Source: an uncultured Chloroflexia bacterium (GTDB taxonomy: Bacteria > Chloroflexota > Chloroflexia > Thermomicrobiales > UBA6265). Taken from it: a DNA stretch of 64,000 bases. This document shows positions 38,533 through 48,669 of this stretch, in pieces (the first letter of the stretch is position 1; every line of letters starts with the position of its first letter). The stretch lies in contig CAVRUC010000007.1 in the NCBI GenBank assembly GCA_963724295.1, positions 288,001-352,000 on the forward strand. The letters run 5' to 3'. Below the pieces are notes generated by a model that was given only the letters and a program-made list of their open reading frames with translations, searched no databases and was not told the DNA's origin. The position numbers were made by a program, and so were the translations under genes.

Positions 38533-40482
38533 ATGCCGCCATCGACAGTCCTGACAGTCAACGAACTCGCCAAGGCGTTTGGCCCCGACGAGATCTTCCA
38601 GAATGTCTCGTTCCAGGTCGCTGACCGGGAGCACGTGGCGCTGGTTGGGGTCAACGGCGCCGGTAAATCGACGCTGCTGCGGATCATCGCCGGTCTGGAC
38701 ACCGCCTCGCAGGGTGAGATCGCGATTGCGCACGGCGCGCGCGTCGCGGTCCTGGCGCAGGAGCCTCGTTTCGACAGCGATCGCACGGTCAGACAAGAGG
38801 CGCAACTCGCTTTTGACGATGCCCTGTCGGCCCTGGCGCGAATGCGAGCGCTCGAAGCCGCGATGCAGTCCGCGAGCGGGGACGGCCTGGACGAACTCTT
38901 TCAGGAGTATGAACGACTCAGTCTTCACTTCGAGGTCGCGGGTGGCTTCGATGTCGAGCACCGCACAGATGAAGTCCTCATGGGGCTCGGCTTCAGCAGT
39001 GAGCAAATGGATGAGCCGGTGCGGACCCTGAGCGGGGGGCAGAAGACGCGTATCGCGCTCGCCAAGGCCCTGCTCGCGGACCCCGATCTCCTGCTCCTGG
39101 ACGAGCCAACGAATCATCTCGACCTCGGCATGCTCGACTGGCTGGAGGGATTTCTTGGCTCGTGGCGCGGCGCATTCCTGGTCGTTTCACACGACCGCTA
39201 TTTCCTGGATCGCGTCACCAACCGCACACTCGATTTGTCATTTGGCCGGCTGGAGGACTACCCCGCGCCGTACGGGCGCTATCTGGTTCTTCGCGCCGAA
39301 CGCCGGGCACGGCAGCTCCAGGAGTACGAGGATCAACGTGAGTTGATCGCCCGCACCGAGGAATACATCCGCCGCTACAAGGCCGGGCAACGATCCCGGG
39401 AGGCACGCGGTCGCCAGACGCGACTCGATCGGCTCGAGCGCCTTGACCGGCCGCAAGAGCACGCCGCCCTTACGCTTCGCGTTCAGCCGACCGTGCGCAG
39501 CGGCCGCGAAGTGGTAACGGCTACACCGCTGCGGGTCGGTTACTCAGGTTCCGGCGGCGAGCGCGAACTCCTGAGCAGTCCAGAACTGAGAGTCGAGCGA
39601 GGCGATCGCGTCGCCATCATCGGTCAGAATGGCAGCGGCAAGTCGACACTGTTGAGAACGATCGTCGGCGAGCTCCGTCCGCTTTCCGGCCGGGTGAGCT
39701 TCGGCACGAACGTCAAGGTCGGTTATTACGCCCAGGGTCATGAGGGCCTGCCGGTTGACGGATCTCCGCTCTCGATCCTGCTCTCCACCCAACCGATGGG
39801 CGAGGAAGCCGCGCGCACGTACCTGGCGCGATTCCTGTTCCGGGGAGACGAAGTGCATCGCCCGGTCTCCGCACTCTCGGGAGGGGAGCGCTCGCGGCTG
39901 GCATTGGCATGCCTCCTCGTGGAGGGCGCAAACCTGCTGATCTTGGACGAGCCAACCAACCACCTCGATATCCAGTCGCGTGAAACGCTCGAGGAAATGT
40001 TGACCGCCTATGACGGGACCGTCGTCTTCGTTTCGCACGACAGATTCTTCATCGACCGGGTCGCGACCCGGGTGTGGGACATCGCCAATGGCAGACTCGC
40101 CCAGTACCTCGGGAACTTCAGCGACGCGGCCCGGCAGAAGTCCAAACTGAGTGCGCCAGAACCACCGGCGCCGCGCGCAGCCCCTGCTCCAGTCGCGGAG
40201 ATTCCCCCGGAGCGGCCTGTGCGGCGATCCGGACAGCCGAGTGAATCCCGGCTTCAGAAGCAACTGGCGTCGGCGGAACGGGATATAAGCAGGCTGGAAG
40301 GGCGGCTCAACGATCTGAGCGACGCTATCGCCATCGCTGGAGTCGACGGTCAGCGAGAGCGGCTGGAACGCCTCGGCGTCGAGTACGCCGAAGCCGAACA
40401 GCAACTCGATGGCGTCTACCAACTCTGGGAAGATCTGAATGGCGAGCTCGAATCGCTCGCCATCGCCACGGCTGCCGGATGA
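38533..40482 (+). CDS. ABC-F family ATPase (Uup/YheS-like)
   Basis: Two NBDs (GVNGAGKST, LSGGQ, LDEPTNHLD; GQNGSGKST, LSGGE), no TM segments, coiled-coil C-terminus. Confidence 0.93.
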   Translation: MPPSTVLTVNELAKAFGPDEIFQNVSFQVADREHVALVGVNGAGKSTLLRIIAGLDTASQGEIAIAHGARVAVLAQEPRFDSDRTVRQEAQLAFDDALSALARMRALEAAMQSASGDGLDELFQEYERLSLHFEVAGGFDVEHRTDEVLMGLGFSSEQMDEPVRTLSGGQKTRIALAKALLADPDLLLLDEPTNHLDLGMLDWLEGFLGSWRGAFLVVSHDRYFLDRVTNRTLDLSFGRLEDYPAPYGRYLVLRAERRARQLQEYEDQRELIARTEEYIRRYKAGQRSREARGRQTRLDRLERLDRPQEHAALTLRVQPTVRSGREVVTATPLRVGYSGSGGERELLSSPELRVERGDRVAIIGQNGSGKSTLLRTIVGELRPLSGRVSFGTNVKVGYYAQGHEGLPVDGSPLSILLSTQPMGEEAARTYLARFLFRGDEVHRPVSALSGGERSRLALACLLVEGANLLILDEPTNHLDIQSRETLEEMLTAYDGTVVFVSHDRFFIDRVATRVWDIANGRLAQYLGNFSDAARQKSKLSAPEPPAPRAAPAPVAEIPPERPVRRSGQPSESRLQKQLASAERDISRLEGRLNDLSDAIAIAGVDGQRERLERLGVEYAEAEQQLDGVYQLWEDLNGELESLAIATAAG

Positions 40483-41171
40483 CGAGTCACGATGAGGCTG
40501 TGAGTCAACAACGGACCGGTGCCCGATCGGCGCCATTTGTCATCGGGCTCACCGGTCCCATCGCCTCCGGAAAATCGACGATTGCGGAGATGCTTCGCAA
40601 GCGCGGCGCCGAGGTCATCGACGCGGACGGTGTCTACCGCGGCCTGCTGGCTCCCGGGTCTGCGCTCTGGAAGCGAGTTGTGGATCGGTTTGGCCCGACG
40701 ATCGTCGGATCAGGCGGCGACATCGACCGCTCCGCGCTGGCGGATATCGTCTTCGCCGATCCCGAGGCGCTGGCCGATCTGGACCGCATAACCCACCCGG
40801 CGGTCATCGCCAAAATTCGTGACCGGATCGCCCGCACCAGTTCGCCGTTCGTTGTCGTCGAAGCAGTCAAACTGGTGCAGTCCGGTCTGACCTCGGACGT
40901 CGACGCGCTGTGGTTTATCACCGCTGACTCCGAGACGCGACTTCGTCGTCTGATCTCGCGATCCGGGATGGATGAAGCCAGCGCGCGGGCCCGCATCGCG
41001 GCTGCACCGAGCTCAGTCCCCGAAGGCGTCGAGGTCGATGCCATCGTCGACAATTCCGGCGATCTCGCGGCGACATCGGCCGCGGTTGAGGACGCGTGGC
41101 GGGCGGTACGTTTGGGTCCCACGCATGAGAAGCAGAAAGACTTGATGTCAGTGCAGAAGGAGCGTTCGTGA
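40479..41171 (+). CDS. coaE: Dephospho-CoA kinase
   Basis: IGLTG.IASGKST, IDAD, IDR..LA.IVF.D...L..L..ITHP. Confidence 0.94.
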   Translation: MTSHDEAVSQQRTGARSAPFVIGLTGPIASGKSTIAEMLRKRGAEVIDADGVYRGLLAPGSALWKRVVDRFGPTIVGSGGDIDRSALADIVFADPEALADLDRITHPAVIAKIRDRIARTSSPFVVVEAVKLVQSGLTSDVDALWFITADSETRLRRLISRSGMDEASARARIAAAPSSVPEGVEVDAIVDNSGDLAATSAAVEDAWRAVRLGPTHEKQKDLMSVQKERS

Positions 41172-41788
41172 GCGATCGCGTTGCGGTTGACGTGTACTTC
41201 GATTTCGCGTGCCCGTATGTCCATAGTGCCGCTTCCTGGCTGCGAGAGGTCAATCGCCTGCTCGGCGACAACTCCGTTGAGGTCTCGTGGAAGTTCTTCC
41301 CGCTAGAGGAAGTGAACGCACCGCCGGACGCCGACATGCCGATCTGGGACTTGCCGCCAGATCGCCGCAGCCGCGGCCGCGACAGCTTTCACGCGGCCGC
41401 GGCTGCGCGCCGCCAGGGCCGGGAGGCGTTTGACCGGTTTCACGCTGAGCTGTTGACGCTCAAACACGAAGAAGGGCAGGACCACGGCAAGCGGTCGACG
41501 CTGGATGAGGCCGCGACCCGGGCCGGACTCGATCTCGGGCGCTTCGCAACTGACCTTGACGATAGGGAGCTGCTTGCGGTGATCAAGAGCGATTACCTGG
41601 CAGGCAAAGAAGGCCTTGGCGTATTCGGCACGCCGACGTTTGTCTTCCCCAATGGCCAGTCTGCCTACCTGCGGATTCTGCCGCCGCCGCCACCTGACGA
41701 GGCAGTCGCGTTCTGGCTGGAATTTGTGAGAGACGTTCGCGACCGGCCGTATCTGCAGGAAATCAAACGTCCCCGGCGTCCCCAGTAG
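41168..41788 (+). CDS. DsbA/FrnE-like thioredoxin-fold protein
   Basis: YFDFACPY and GVFGTPT cis-Pro motif; only one Cys (CPYV). Confidence 0.8.
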   Translation: MSDRVAVDVYFDFACPYVHSAASWLREVNRLLGDNSVEVSWKFFPLEEVNAPPDADMPIWDLPPDRRSRGRDSFHAAAAARRQGREAFDRFHAELLTLKHEEGQDHGKRSTLDEAATRAGLDLGRFATDLDDRELLAVIKSDYLAGKEGLGVFGTPTFVFPNGQSAYLRILPPPPPDEAVAFWLEFVRDVRDRPYLQEIKRPRRPQ

Positions 41789-41796
41789 CAGCAGCG

Positions 41797-42766
41797 ATGC
41801 AGAGTCCTGATCAGCCGCAGCAGGACCGGCTCGGCCGCATCCGGGATGGACTGCTGGGGTGGTTCAAAGAGAACGCCAGAGAGCTCCCCTGGCGGCGAAC
41901 CCGTGACCCTTACGCGATCCTCGTCTCCGAGGTCATGCTCCAGCAGACTCAGGTGGATCGCGTACTTCCCTACTACAGACGATTCCTGGAGCGATTTCCG
42001 ACCGTCGAAGCCCTCGCCGCCGCGCCGACAGCGGATGTGATTCGGATCTGGTCGGGCCTTGGCTACAACCGGCGCGCGGTGAATCTGCAGCGCGCGGCTC
42101 GCACAGTTGTCGACGAGCTCGGCGGCTCATTCCCGGATGATCCGGCCGACCTCAGAAAGCTTCCCGGCATAGGAGCCTATACGGCGGGAGCAATCGCAGC
42201 CTTTGCCCACGAGCGGGACGTGGTGTTTCTCGATACGAACATGCGCCGGGTGATTTCCCGGGTGATCTTCGGCAGCGAGTCAGCGCAGCGAATCGGAGGC
42301 CATCGAGGCCGCCAATGCGCTGCTTCCGCCAGGGCACGGCTGGACCTGGAACCAGGCGCTAATCGAGTTCGGAGCGTTGCAGTGCACGGCTCGCCGCCCC
42401 GCCTGCATCATCTGCCCGCTGCGCGACGAGTGCGCGGCCTACCCCACGATGCAGGTCGCTCTCCAGCTCAAGTCCGCACGTTCGAATCAGGCGAAAACCG
42501 CGCCGTTCGAGAGCACTACGCGCTACTACAGGGGTCGCATCGTGGAAGCACTGCGCGCGTTGCCTGAAGATGAGCCCGAGGGCATTCCCCTTCCCGAGCT
42601 TGGTCTCAGGGTGCGAGAGGGCTTTACCTCAGAGAACATGCCCTGGCTACGCGAGCTGGTTGACGGTCTGCAACGTGACGGGTTGGCGCTCGTCGCAGAG
42701 GATTCGCCCTCATACGATGCGGACCGGGAATCGGCGGCAACCGGCCCCAGAGTCAGATTGCCATGA
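41797..42766 (+). CDS. mutY: A/G-specific adenine glycosylase, frameshift near 42285
   Basis: R.LPWR..DPY.ILVSEVMLQQTQV, W.GLGY.RRA, LPGIG.YTA, DTN; next frame WNQALIEFGA.QC...P.C..CPL...C; no MutT-like domain. Confidence 0.9.
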
Positions 42767-43665
42767 CTTCGCATACTGGTTCTGTTCCCTCACAGTTGGG
42801 AACTCCCTTCAATTCGATCGGCGCTGAGTTGCGCGTGAGCAATCCGGGCGGGAGCGACCCGTACGGAGGTGAACCCATATCCCACTCGCCCATGGTAGTT
42901 GGATTTCTCACCGATGCGACCATCTGTATCGGTTGCAAAGCGTGCGAGGTGGCGTGCAAGCAGTGGAATCAGCTGCCTGGCGACTCCCCCACCTCGAGCT
43001 ATGCGATGACCGGATTTAGTTATGACAATACGATCGACCTCGGTGCTACTACGTGGCGCCACGTGGCCTTCGTCGAACGACCGTCGCCGGACGGCATCGC
43101 CTGGCTCATGCTGAGCGATGTCTGCAAGCATTGCGTCCATGCCGGTTGCCTCGACGCGTGTCCGACCGGCGCCATTATCCGCACCGAGTTCGGCACCGTC
43201 GTCATCCAGGATGACATCTGCAATGGCTGTGGCTATTGCGTCCCGGCCTGCCCTTTCGGCGTTCCCCAGCTGAGCGATGCGGACGGCGGCTCTCACAAGT
43301 GCACCCTCTGCTACGACCGGCTGCGCGGAGGGCTCGCTCCAGCGTGTGCCACCGCATGCCCGACCGGTTCGATCCGCTTCGGAGCAGTGGAAGCGTTGAG
43401 AGCGGCGGGCCGCGAACGGGTCGCGACGCTCAAAGCCCAGGGACTCGACGAGGCCCGACTCTACGGTGACGATGACCTGGGCGGGACCGGCGGCATCGGC
43501 GGTCTGAACGCGATGTTCGTGCTGAACGGCTCTCCGGACGCGTTCAACCTTCCCGCTCGGCCCCGCCTGCCCAGGCTGAATATCGTCCCCAGCGCGGCAG
43601 CGACTCTGGTGGCGGCGGCCGGCTACTGTCTCGCTGCCGCCTTTGCGTTGCGGCGCCGCGGTTGA
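42763..43665 (+). CDS. 4Fe-4S electron-transfer subunit (FdnH/formate dehydrogenase beta-like)
   Basis: CIGCKACEVACK, CKHC...C..ACP, CNGCGYC..ACP, KCTLCYDR...PAC...CP; C-terminal TM helix; start may be 42892. Confidence 0.9.
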   Translation: MTSHTGSVPSQLGTPFNSIGAELRVSNPGGSDPYGGEPISHSPMVVGFLTDATICIGCKACEVACKQWNQLPGDSPTSSYAMTGFSYDNTIDLGATTWRHVAFVERPSPDGIAWLMLSDVCKHCVHAGCLDACPTGAIIRTEFGTVVIQDDICNGCGYCVPACPFGVPQLSDADGGSHKCTLCYDRLRGGLAPACATACPTGSIRFGAVEALRAAGRERVATLKAQGLDEARLYGDDDLGGTGGIGGLNAMFVLNGSPDAFNLPARPRLPRLNIVPSAAATLVAAAGYCLAAAFALRRRG

Positions 43666-44649
43666 CACCGCACGCGGATCCCGGCGCAGCCTACTCGAGT
43701 TTGCCGCCTTTTCAGGGTGGCTACTACGACGTTCCCGTCATACACAGGCCGCACTGGAAGTGGCTGGTGATCGGGTATTTCTATTTCGGGGGCATCTCCG
43801 GTGCGTCAGCCGTGATCGCCTCATTCTCGCGGTTGTTTGGCGGCACGTCGGGCGCGCCGCTGGCCAGGATCGCGACCTACGTTTCGTTCCTGGCGCTGCT
43901 TCCATGCCCGATTTCTGCTCATTCTCGATCTCGGCCGGCCGGCTCGGTTCTTCCATATGCTGCGCGAGTTCCGGGCCACCTCCCCCATGTCGGTCGGCAC
44001 CTGGGGACTGACGGCATTCGGGTTCATCTCGACGCTGACAACCGGCCTCCAACTCCTCGAAGACCGATCGGCGCGTAAGCAAGATCGTGTCACTGGCGTT
44101 TGGCGAGCGGTGAGTCAAGGACTTGCCGTCCTCGGTGGACTGTCGGGATTCTTCGTCGCCGGTTACACCGGGGTGCTGCTGGCGGCAACCGCGGTACCCC
44201 TCTGGAGCAAGCGGCCGGCACTTCTGGGTCCGCTGTTTCTCTCCTCGGCGATGACCTCCGGTGCGGCAGCCATCAGCGCGGTCGCATCGGCCATGGAACC
44301 GGAAGAGCACGACGCGCACGACCGACTCCGCACCCTGGAGACGCTGTCGACGGTCGCGGAGGAATTTCTCCTGGTGATGTGGATTACGGCGCTTGGTTCC
44401 ACCGCCAAGCCCGTCGCCGAGGGCCGCCTCGGCGCGGTGGTGCGCCACGGCGCCGTGGGTGCGGGCATGGCGCTGCCGTTGACGGTTTCGGCGGTTTCGC
44501 CTTACCTTCCGCGGCGGCTACGCCGACCGGCGGCGGTCGTCAGCGCCGCGCTGACCCTCGCCGGCGTGTTTACCGTGCGTTACGCCGTTGTCATGGGCGG
44601 ACGCCAGTCGGCCGACGATCCGCGCGCCACATTCGATATGACCGGCTGA
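43662..44649 (+). CDS. NrfD/PsrC-family membrane anchor, frameshift near 43912
   Basis: YY..P....P.W.W.V..YFYFGGISG; LI.DLGRP.RF..ML..F..TSPMS.G.W; YTGVLL..TAVP.W. Confidence 0.88.
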
Positions 44650-44687
44650 GTCCCGCCGCGGCGGCACGCCGAAGCTTCGCGGGAAGC

Positions 44688-46103
44688 TCAGGCGAGCCGT
44701 TCCGCAAGCCACTCCGGCACCGCCTCGATCGCAATCCGTTCCTGGCTCATGTCGTCGCGATGACGGACAGTAACGCTGCGGTCGTCGAGCGTCTCGAAAT
44801 CGATTGTGAAGCAGAATGGTGTGCCGATCTCGTCGTGTCGCCGGTACCGCTTTCCGATATTTCCCGTCTCGTCGTAATCGATCAGGACGCCTGACATGGC
44901 GTTCAACGTCTCGAACAGACTCCAGCTCGGTTGAGTCAGCTCAGGCTTTTTGAGGAGTGGCAGCACCGCGGCCTTGTACGGCGCGACCCGGGGGTGAAGC
45001 CGGAGGACCACCCGGGTGTCTGCCTTGCCGTTGACGTCGAGAATTTCTTCTTCGTCATAGGCGTCGACAAGCAGGATGAGGCAGGTGCGGTCGACGCCGA
45101 ACGTCGGTTCGATCACATACGGGATGTACTTGCGGTTTTCCGCCTGGTCAAAGTAGTGGAGGTCTTCCCCGCTGAAAGAGGCGTGCTGGCGAAGATCGAA
45201 ATCAGTTCGGTTGGCAAGCCCGTAGAGCTCCTTCCAACCCATGGCGCCGGGAAAGTTGTACTCGAAATCGATCGTGCGGCTCGAGTAGTGCGAGAGCTCG
45301 CCGGCGTCGTGCTCGCGGATTCGGAGAAACTCGTCGCGTACCCCGACGTAGACCAGCCATTCCTTCATGGCGGCCATCCACGTCTCGAACGATTCCGCCG
45401 CCTCATCCGGTCGCACGAAGTACTCGATCTCCATCTGCTCGAACTCGAGCAGGCGGAAGATGAAGTTTCCCGGCGTAATTTCGTTCCGGAACACCTTTCC
45501 GATCTGGGCAATGCCAAAGGGCACCTTGACTCGTCCTGTTGCCACGATGTTCTTGAACTGCACGAACATCGCCTGGGCCGTCTCCGGTCGCAGGTAGACC
45601 TCAGTTCCCGTCTCCTCGACCGGTCCGATCACCGTGCGGAACATCATATTGAACTGGCGCGCGCCGGTGAGCGTGGCATTGCCGCAGACTGGACACTTCA
45701 CCGCGGCGTCCTGAAGAATCTTTGACATCTCGTCGGGAGTCGCGCCCTCGACGTGTTGGCCGAGCCGCTCCTCGATCAGGTGATCCGCCCGGAAGCGGCT
45801 CTTGCACGTCCTGCAGTCAACCAGCGGGTCGTTGAAGCTCTCGATATGCCCTGAGGCTTCCCAAACCCGCGGATGCATCAAGATGCCGGCATCGAGGCCG
45901 ACGATGTCCCGGCGCTGGTGCACGAACCTGCGCCACCACAGGTCCTTGACGTTGCGCTTGAGCTCGACTCCGAGCGGCCCATAGTCCCAGGTATTTGCCA
46001 GGCCGCCATAGATGTCCGAGCCCGGAAAGACGAATCCGCGCCGCTTGCAGAGCGCGGCAATTTTTTCCATCGTGACGACGCGCGACTTCTCGGCGGTGCT
46101 CAT
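44688..46103 (-). CDS. glyQS: Glycine--tRNA ligase, alpha2 (archaeal/eukaryotic) type
   Basis: [71 protein letters not shown]. Confidence 0.97.
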   Translation of the reverse strand: MSTAEKSRVVTMEKIAALCKRRGFVFPGSDIYGGLANTWDYGPLGVELKRNVKDLWWRRFVHQRRDIVGLDAGILMHPRVWEASGHIESFNDPLVDCRTCKSRFRADHLIEERLGQHVEGATPDEMSKILQDAAVKCPVCGNATLTGARQFNMMFRTVIGPVEETGTEVYLRPETAQAMFVQFKNIVATGRVKVPFGIAQIGKVFRNEITPGNFIFRLLEFEQMEIEYFVRPDEAAESFETWMAAMKEWLVYVGVRDEFLRIREHDAGELSHYSSRTIDFEYNFPGAMGWKELYGLANRTDFDLRQHASFSGEDLHYFDQAENRKYIPYVIEPTFGVDRTCLILLVDAYDEEEILDVNGKADTRVVLRLHPRVAPYKAAVLPLLKKPELTQPSWSLFETLNAMSGVLIDYDETGNIGKRYRRHDEIGTPFCFTIDFETLDDRSVTVRHRDDMSQERIAIEAVPEWLAERLA

Positions 46104-46219
46104 CGATTCTCACTCCAGACCCGGCAACACCGAGGAGCTCGGCCACATGACCAGTTGTTCGTGCGAAACGGGCGTGCCAGTGACCATGCGGGGCACGCCA
46201 CAATCTCCGCCATCAGCGA

Positions 46220-47215
46220 TTAGTCGAGATAGTCGCCACGCCCGCTTGGCGCGGGTGCGCCGTTGCCCGGAGCGGTCTGACCTAGCGCCATGCGGCGATA
46301 GACCTGGGTGGTCGAGATACTGACGTGCCCAAGAAGCTGCTGCACCTCGCGCAGATCCGCGCCACGACCCAATGCATGCGTGGCGAAAGTATGGCGCAAG
46401 GTATGAGGTGTGATATCGGCAATGTCGGCCTTGCTGGCATAGGACTTCAGGATCAACCAGAATCCTTGTCGAGTCAGGCGATTACCGCGATGGTTGAGGA
46501 ACAACGCGCTATCCTCGCGCAGGGCGAGCAGTGGCCGCGCCTGGAACAGATAGTGATCGATCGCTTCAATCGCGCTTTCTCGCAGCGGCAGTGATCGCTC
46601 CCGCGTGGTACGCCCCGCGCAGCGCATGCGGCGCTCCAGCAAATTCACGTCCTCGCAGTCGAGAGCGACGAGCTCGCTGACGCGCATGCCAGTCGCATAC
46701 AGCGTCTCGAGCATTGCTCGGTCTCGGGCGGCTTCCGGTCTGCGCGCCGCACTGCCGCCCTCCTTAGCGGGTTGCTGCAAGAGGCGTTCGACCTCGCTTG
46801 GGGAAATCGAACGCGGCGTGTACTTATCGACACGTGGCGCCGTCATTCGCGCGCCCGGGTCGCCACGCAACTGTCCTTCACCGACCAGGAAATTGAAGAA
46901 CGATTTGATGGCGGCCATTTTTCGAGCAACGGTCGAGGAGGCGTAGCTGCGGCTGCGCAGGAAGAGCAGATAACTGGTGAGGTCCTGATCCGTCAGCTGA
47001 TCCCACGTCCGGACCTGCGGAAACATCCGGGGTTCCGCGCTGACCGTACCGAGTCCGACGTCCTCTGACGATCCTGACCCGGCATCGCCGGCGCTGTCAT
47101 TGCCGAGAAAATTCAGAAACTGCGTCAGATCATTGCGGTAGGCGAATATCGTGTTAACCGAGAACCCTCGTTCAGCCTCGAGCACTTGCAAAAAACGTTC
47201 GACGTCCTGGTGCAT
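46220..47215 (-). CDS. xerD: XerD/XerC-like tyrosine recombinase
   Basis: ERGFS.NT..AYRNDL, RDRAMLE.LYATGMRVSEL, LTRQGFW, TPHTLRHTFATH, GADLR.VQ.LLGH..ISTTQVY. Confidence 0.8.
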   Translation of the reverse strand: MHQDVERFLQVLEAERGFSVNTIFAYRNDLTQFLNFLGNDSAGDAGSGSSEDVGLGTVSAEPRMFPQVRTWDQLTDQDLTSYLLFLRSRSYASSTVARKMAAIKSFFNFLVGEGQLRGDPGARMTAPRVDKYTPRSISPSEVERLLQQPAKEGGSAARRPEAARDRAMLETLYATGMRVSELVALDCEDVNLLERRMRCAGRTTRERSLPLRESAIEAIDHYLFQARPLLALREDSALFLNHRGNRLTRQGFWLILKSYASKADIADITPHTLRHTFATHALGRGADLREVQQLLGHVSISTTQVYRRMALGQTAPGNGAPAPSGRGDYLD

Positions 47216-47267
47216 TGCTTCCTCCGACCCCAGCCGCGTCGCAGACGGCATCTCCGGCGTTCCCATC

Positions 47268-48407
47268 CTAGCTGTGCAGGAGCGCGACCTCACTCAGGAT
47301 CGCGTCCGCGAGCGGCGTGTAATCCATCATCAATGCTTCCGCAACGCCAGGGTGCGTCACTTTCCCGTTGATCACGTTGACGCCTCTGGCGAGCTCCGGA
47401 TCGCGCGAGACGGCTCCCTGGAGCCCGTAATCCGCCAGCACTAACCCATACGGCAACGTCGCGTTGGCGAGACCGATGGTGCTCGTGCGCGGCACAGCAC
47501 CCGGCATATTCGTCACGCAGTAATGGACGACACCGTGCAGGACGTAGGTGGGCTCGCTATGGGTGGTGGGTCGTGACGTCGCGATACAGCCCCCCTGGTC
47601 GATCGCCACGTCGACAATGACAGATCCGGGTCTCATCGCGGCGACCATCTCCTCCGAGACGATCTTGGGCGCCTTGGCGCCCGGCAGCAGGACCGCTCCA
47701 ATAACCAGGTCAGCGCGCTGCACCGCCGCAGCGACGTTCTCACTATTCGAAGCAAGCGTGTTGACGCGGCCATGGAGCAACGTGTCGAGCTGGCGAAGCC
47801 GCTCCAAGGAGCGGTCGACAATCGCTACGTTGCTGCCCATTCCGAGCGCGATCTGTGCCGCGTTGGTCCCCACGACACCACCGCCGATGACCACCACGTC
47901 GGCGCCCGGGACGCCGGGGATGCCCGCGAGCAGCGTTCCACTGCCCCCGTGTGCTTTCTCGAGAAAGTGGGCTCCGACCTGGACCGACATTCGTCCCGCA
48001 ACCTCGCTCATCGGCGTCAGGAGCGGAAGCGCACCATTGTCCAGCTGGACCGTTTCGTAGGCTACTGCATGAACGTGGTTGCGAACGAGCGCCTCAGTCA
48101 GCGGAGCGTCGGCGGCGAGATGAAGATAGGTGAACAGCACTTGCCCAGGACGAAGTAGATCGTATTCGGCGGGAACCGGTTCCTTGACCTTGACGATCAT
48201 CTCCGCGCGGTCGTAGATCGCGAAGGCTGAATCGACCAACTCGGCGCCAGCAGCCGCGTACTCGCCATCAGCGAAGCCACTGCCCTCACCCGCCGAGCGC
48301 TGGACCAGCACCTGGTGTCCCCGAGCCTGGTATTCGCGCACACCGGCGGGGGTAACGGAAATCCGGAACTCGTGGTCCTTGACTTCCCTGGGCACGCCTA
48401 CCAGCAT
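47268..48407 (-). CDS. ald: Alanine dehydrogenase
   Basis: GVPREVK..E.R, KVKEP, FTYLHLA, LL.PMSEVAGR, GGGVVG, DVAIDQGG, NMPGAVP.TST. Confidence 0.97.
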   Translation of the reverse strand: MLVGVPREVKDHEFRISVTPAGVREYQARGHQVLVQRSAGEGSGFADGEYAAAGAELVDSAFAIYDRAEMIVKVKEPVPAEYDLLRPGQVLFTYLHLAADAPLTEALVRNHVHAVAYETVQLDNGALPLLTPMSEVAGRMSVQVGAHFLEKAHGGSGTLLAGIPGVPGADVVVIGGGVVGTNAAQIALGMGSNVAIVDRSLERLRQLDTLLHGRVNTLASNSENVAAAVQRADLVIGAVLLPGAKAPKIVSEEMVAAMRPGSVIVDVAIDQGGCIATSRPTTHSEPTYVLHGVVHYCVTNMPGAVPRTSTIGLANATLPYGLVLADYGLQGAVSRDPELARGVNVINGKVTHPGVAEALMMDYTPLADAILSEVALLHS

Positions 48408-48669
48408 GACCTCGCGCCCCTGCCTGGGCTCGCCCAAATCGGAGCCCCATCTCGTTCGTCAAAGTGCTCGCGATGTCCGCGCGGCAGCCGCCAGTCTAAC
48501 ATACATAACGCGCGACTTCTGCGCGATACATTCGGCAGTCGATCCCCTCCGTAGTACGAGGACTGGATCCCATGGCGGCGCCGAGTCGTTGTAGACTCGT
48601 CACTTGTCGGAAATGTACGAGCCACAGGGTGCAACCGAGCGGCCCTGAGCGATCGGAGCGGGAAAACCT

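Noticed and set aside
46104..46219. T-box leader for glyQS
   Set aside because: Region is short and no GGTGGNACC T-box consensus or terminator is visible.
46220..47215. Prophage or island integrase
   Set aside because: Xer-type N-terminus, housekeeping neighbours, and no att repeats or cargo genes.
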